Of a DNA stretch of 64,000 nucleotides, positions 60,451 through 64,000 are shown in pieces. The position numbers and the translations under genes are program-made. Location: the NCBI GenBank assembly GCA_001643675.2, contig LSRY02000053.1, forward strand, positions 62,001-126,000. The letters are read 5' to 3'. Position 1 is the stretch's first letter. Each line of letters begins with the position of its first letter. Under the pieces are notes generated by a model. The model searched no databases and was not told the DNA's origin. It was given only the letters and a program-made list of their open reading frames with translations. The DNA comes from Monocercomonoides exilis PA203 (lineage: Eukaryota > Protista > Preaxostyla).

Positions 60451-62285
60451 TTTTTCAAAAAATTATGTATCAACTTTTTTGATCAAAATCAAAAATTGAG
60501 AATTAATGATAAATATGTGATTGCGTTTTTCAGTTTATTTTGTAATTGCTGATTCATGAAATTTTCATAGTGTGCATCGATTCTTTTTTGTGAATTAGAA
60601 AGAATTCTGATAATTGCAGATGTTTGAATTCATTCGGATTTTCTTTAAACTCAGAATGAATATCTTATTTTGTGGAATCAAATATGACTTTTATTGGCAA
60701 AAATAAACATAATAATTATTGTAACCGATGGTTTGAAACTTTTTTTCTTTTATATTTAATTTTATATAAGATTTTTCATATTCACATTTTTGGCACTCTT
60801 TCCCTAACACAAAAGTCTGCACATTGATAAACGGGCAACACTGAAGCGCACACACATCTGCTTTCGTCACAGTCATCTTCACACGCAGGAAACATCACGC
60901 AATCACACTCTCAAACATACTCTTCTCCTCCCTCCGGAGCATTATCATTGAAAATTCTTCATCCGCTTTGAGGAGATTCTCCTTCTCCTGAAACTCCAGC
61001 AACACTATTATCTCTGTCTCCTGCGACACATACGCCCAATCTCTTCGCTCTGGCCGTGCAGTAGCGCGCTCTGCCACAAGTATCTTTGTCCTTCTCGGCT
61101 GCAGTACATCAAATGCCCTCGCATTGCCATTTGCGCCGGATAGTGCACAAACTCCCCACCCTCCGGGAAATAGAACGCATACGACACCGTCTGCGTCCCA
61201 TACGCCCCCAGAACAACGCTCTGTGTCCTCGTCGCACTGCCCCTTTGCAGCACAATCGACACTCCTGGCACTTGCATCAACACCTCCACAGACCTCTGCA
61301 CCTCCTTCGTGTTCGTCAGAACCGCATCGCACACACACACACCCTGCTCGCATCTTCTCCCATCCAACATACTTCCTCGCCTTCCACCCTTCCTCTTTCA
61401 CTTCCCACATTTAGCCCACATCATATACAAACTTTTGCACAACTACCGATTTCATGTGCATGCATTTGCTTGGCCCGTTCAACACCGATCTGTGTTTTAT
61501 CGTTTGCCTTTATCCTTTTCTTTCTCTTTCATTTTCTTTCACTTCTTTTTTTCATCAAACCACTCCACCTCCTTCACAAACAGCACAGCTGCTGTTTTCA
61601 TTTTTCAAATAGAAGAACTTCCACTTCATCTCATCGTCTTTAATACCTTTTCTACACAAACCGGCCGCACACAAATATCTGTCAGTGCGGCTACAAACGC
61701 TGCTGACGTAAACGTATCAGTGCCTTCAATCACATTCACTGACACAAAAGGAAGAACCTTCATGCACGTTCAAACATCGCATTCTTTCCCTTCTACAGCT
61801 CCCCAAAGCAGATATCGCTCATTATCCAGATAGAAATGGCTCCACTCAATTGGAGCAGTCAGAATAGTCTTCGCGCGATAATATTATTTCTCCATCTCTT
61901 CCTTTGAATGTTCCACCTGCAGGAACTTCACAATTGGCTATCTCTACTTCTTCCTCAACACCACCTCCACCACCATCTGCAAAAGAGCCACAAGAAGAAG
62001 AAGCAAAGTCATAACGCTCATTCTCTGCTTCCATATTCTACAACTTCTTAGTACTTAACTGTACATCCGCTGAAAATGAGTGGACAATCTGAAATGCTTT
62101 TAGAGGCATCGCTACTGCTTGCTCATTCTCTGTATTGCATTCGATTGCATCACCGTTATCAGCATCAGCACTGCCAATGCACCTGCTCCTGCCGTCTCAA
62201 CCATCAACATTGCCATTCTACCACTCAACCTCACCTCTCTTTCAATCTGCTTCGTCTGCCTCATCTGCTATTTCGCTTCAGTTGC

Positions 62286-62513
62286 ACCTCCAAGCAGACA
62301 CAGCATCAGCTTCAGCTCGTCATTGTTCCGAATGTTTCACCCACCCATTGCGCGCATGTCACTCAGCTGCACATCGTTGAAAATAATCTTCTGCATGTCA
62401 GGCAGAATCCCTTCTTTATTCTGCACAAGCTCCATTAGCTTTATCGTTGCCGTCTCATTCGAAACGCAAACTCAAATCACCTTCACTTCCATCGTTCTGA
62501 TATGTACTTTCAT
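62286..62513 (-). pseudogene. Ubiquitin-like domain, exactly 76 codons ending in GG, with two TGA codons
   Basis: Manual translation: MKVHIRTMEVKVI*VCVSNETATIKLMELVQNKEGILPDMQKIIFNDVQLSDMRAMGG*NIRNNDELKLMLCLLGG, gap-free against ubiquitin. Confidence 0.88.
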
Positions 62514-62747
62514 CTTGTGACAAAACCCCTCTTTCGTTGAATGCTCGCGCCGATGCTCCTTTCACACTGCTCTTTCTTCTTTCTTCTTCTTCTTCTGCCT
62601 CAATCAACCCCTCAACATCCAATCCCGATCGAAGCACTGTCTCAAACATCTTCTCCTCTTCTTTCTTATATCTCGCTTGCTTCTTCATCTTCACTTTCAC
62701 ATTCTCCACAAGCGCCACACATTTCCTCACACTCCTCTTTAGTAATT

Positions 62748-62806
62748 CTTCTCCTCTTCCTTCTCCTCTTCCTTCTCCTCTTCCTTCTCCTCTTCCTTCT
62801 CCTCTT
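62748..62806. repeat. 12-bp tandem repeat (TTCTCCTCTTCC) encoding GEGR repeats on the minus strand
   Basis: About 4.5 visible units. Confidence 0.85.
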
Positions 62807-63116
62807 TTCTTCGCCTTCTGCCCCAACTCCACCAGTCTTGCTAGCACAGGCACTTGCTTAACTGAATTCGGCCCAGCACACAAAGCTGTCTCTGCGTATT
62901 CCTCAAACATCCCCACGTCGCACAAGCCCTGAAAATAGTGGTTAATTATCTTCTTATTTATGCTTGCTCAACTAGGCCGAATCGCTTTCGCAAAGTATTT
63001 CGATGTTCTTTTGAATATCAGACCATGAAACTGTTCATATGTAAATTCGCTGTCTTGATCGCAAAACTCTTGGAATTTCTTCTTCTCTTCTCCTTCTTCT
63101 TTCTCTTCTTCTTTCT

Positions 63117-63181
63117 CTTCATCTTCATCTTCATCTTCATCTTCATCTTCATCTTCATCTTCATCTTCATCTTCATCCTCA
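63117..63181. repeat. (ATCTTC)n microsatellite encoding (ED)n on the minus strand
   Basis: About 10 visible units. Confidence 0.9.
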
Positions 63182-64000
63182 TCAACCAACTTGTACAGCT
63201 CCTCAAATGCGTTACACCACACATCAAATGCCCTCACTTTTGCCTCGTCTCCCTCATTCTTCTTCGTCTTCGCCTTCATCACGCACTTCAGCAGATGAAG
63301 AATTCCTCCAAAGCAACTGTAGCATTCATATGAAGATGTCGACAGATCTTTTTTCTTCCGCGTCGCAACACATTTCGAAAGATTTGCTTTCTTCAATGAC
63401 ACTCCTCCTGTCTTCTTCCCATTTGAACTGGAACATTCACTTTCACATCTTGATGATGTTGATAAAGATGATTTTATTTTCTCCTTCTCCTTCTCCTTCT
63501 GTTCCTTCTTTTCTTCCTTCTTTTCTTCATCCTTCTCATCTTCTGCTTCCCAACATCTGCTTCTCAGCACTTTTTCTGGCAGAATCAGCGCCGAGTGCAT
63601 CTTCTGCAAAACATGCTTCTTCGGGTCAAACACATTCATCAGCCGCATTTCACTCAATCGTCCTTCTCCTCCTCCTTCTTCTTTTCCCTCAATTTTCCTT
63701 CTTCCGTGACACAAACTTGATCCGCATCCATCACCTTCGCTTCCTCGCTCTCATCGGCTGTTGTCACTACGGTAATGCTCTGCCCCTTCCCTGCAATCAC
63801 TTCCGTCGAAATAACCACACGCCTCCTCTTCCCCTCCATTGTCTCTTCATTCAACTCAACAGTCGTCGTCTCCCACAAAAAGAAGATGATCTTCCGGTTC
63901 TGCGCTCCTTCCATTCCCTCTCCCATCACTATGTTCTTCATGTTCTTCATCTTTATCGTCTTCGAGACCACAATTTTCTCTTCGCTTGCTGCTTCTTTAC

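Larger units (their letters stand above)
60880..64000 (-). pseudogene. Decayed large host gene (acidic tracts, ubiquitin-like domain, C-terminal YFP..G.F.HYP module)
   Basis: Broken minus-strand ORFs 63654-63971, 62968-63714, 62455-62925, 61008-61370. Confidence 0.55.

Noticed and set aside
1-64000. tRNA/rRNA genes and telomeric repeats
   Set aside because: None recognised by eye. tRNAscan-SE or Infernal would be needed to exclude them.

Overview
AT-rich eukaryotic (protist) DNA with GT-AG introns. Gene-family style suggests an oxymonad such as Monocercomonoides, but this is inference only. The window is almost entirely nested mobile DNA and decayed gene fragments; I see no clearly intact housekeeping gene. 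Main components: (1) a spliced gene (5645-9647) encoding a Sola-like DDD transposase with a complete USP/C19 deubiquitinase-type domain inserted inside it, lying between ~687-bp near-identical inverted repeats (4779-5465 / 20599-21286); (2) nested inside that unit, a non-autonomous hAT element (8-bp TSD) containing a TA-flanked MITE, and a 6.1-kb GGG...CCC element with AATT TSD, with related termini at 27696/27701 and 32719; (3) a structurally complete DIRS-type tyrosine-recombinase retrotransposon (44319-50352) with ITRs, ICR and a long overlapping second frame, plus a decayed DIRS of a second family; (4) two copies of a long-TIR element carrying Cys-rich surface-protein gene fragments, one of which splits a DIRS RNase H domain with a perfect 8-bp TSD; (5) a three-repeat type-I membrane protein gene with lesions, a truncated hAT transposase, and an unannotated 76-codon ubiquitin-like domain. 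All family assignments come from motifs read by eye; no searches were run.
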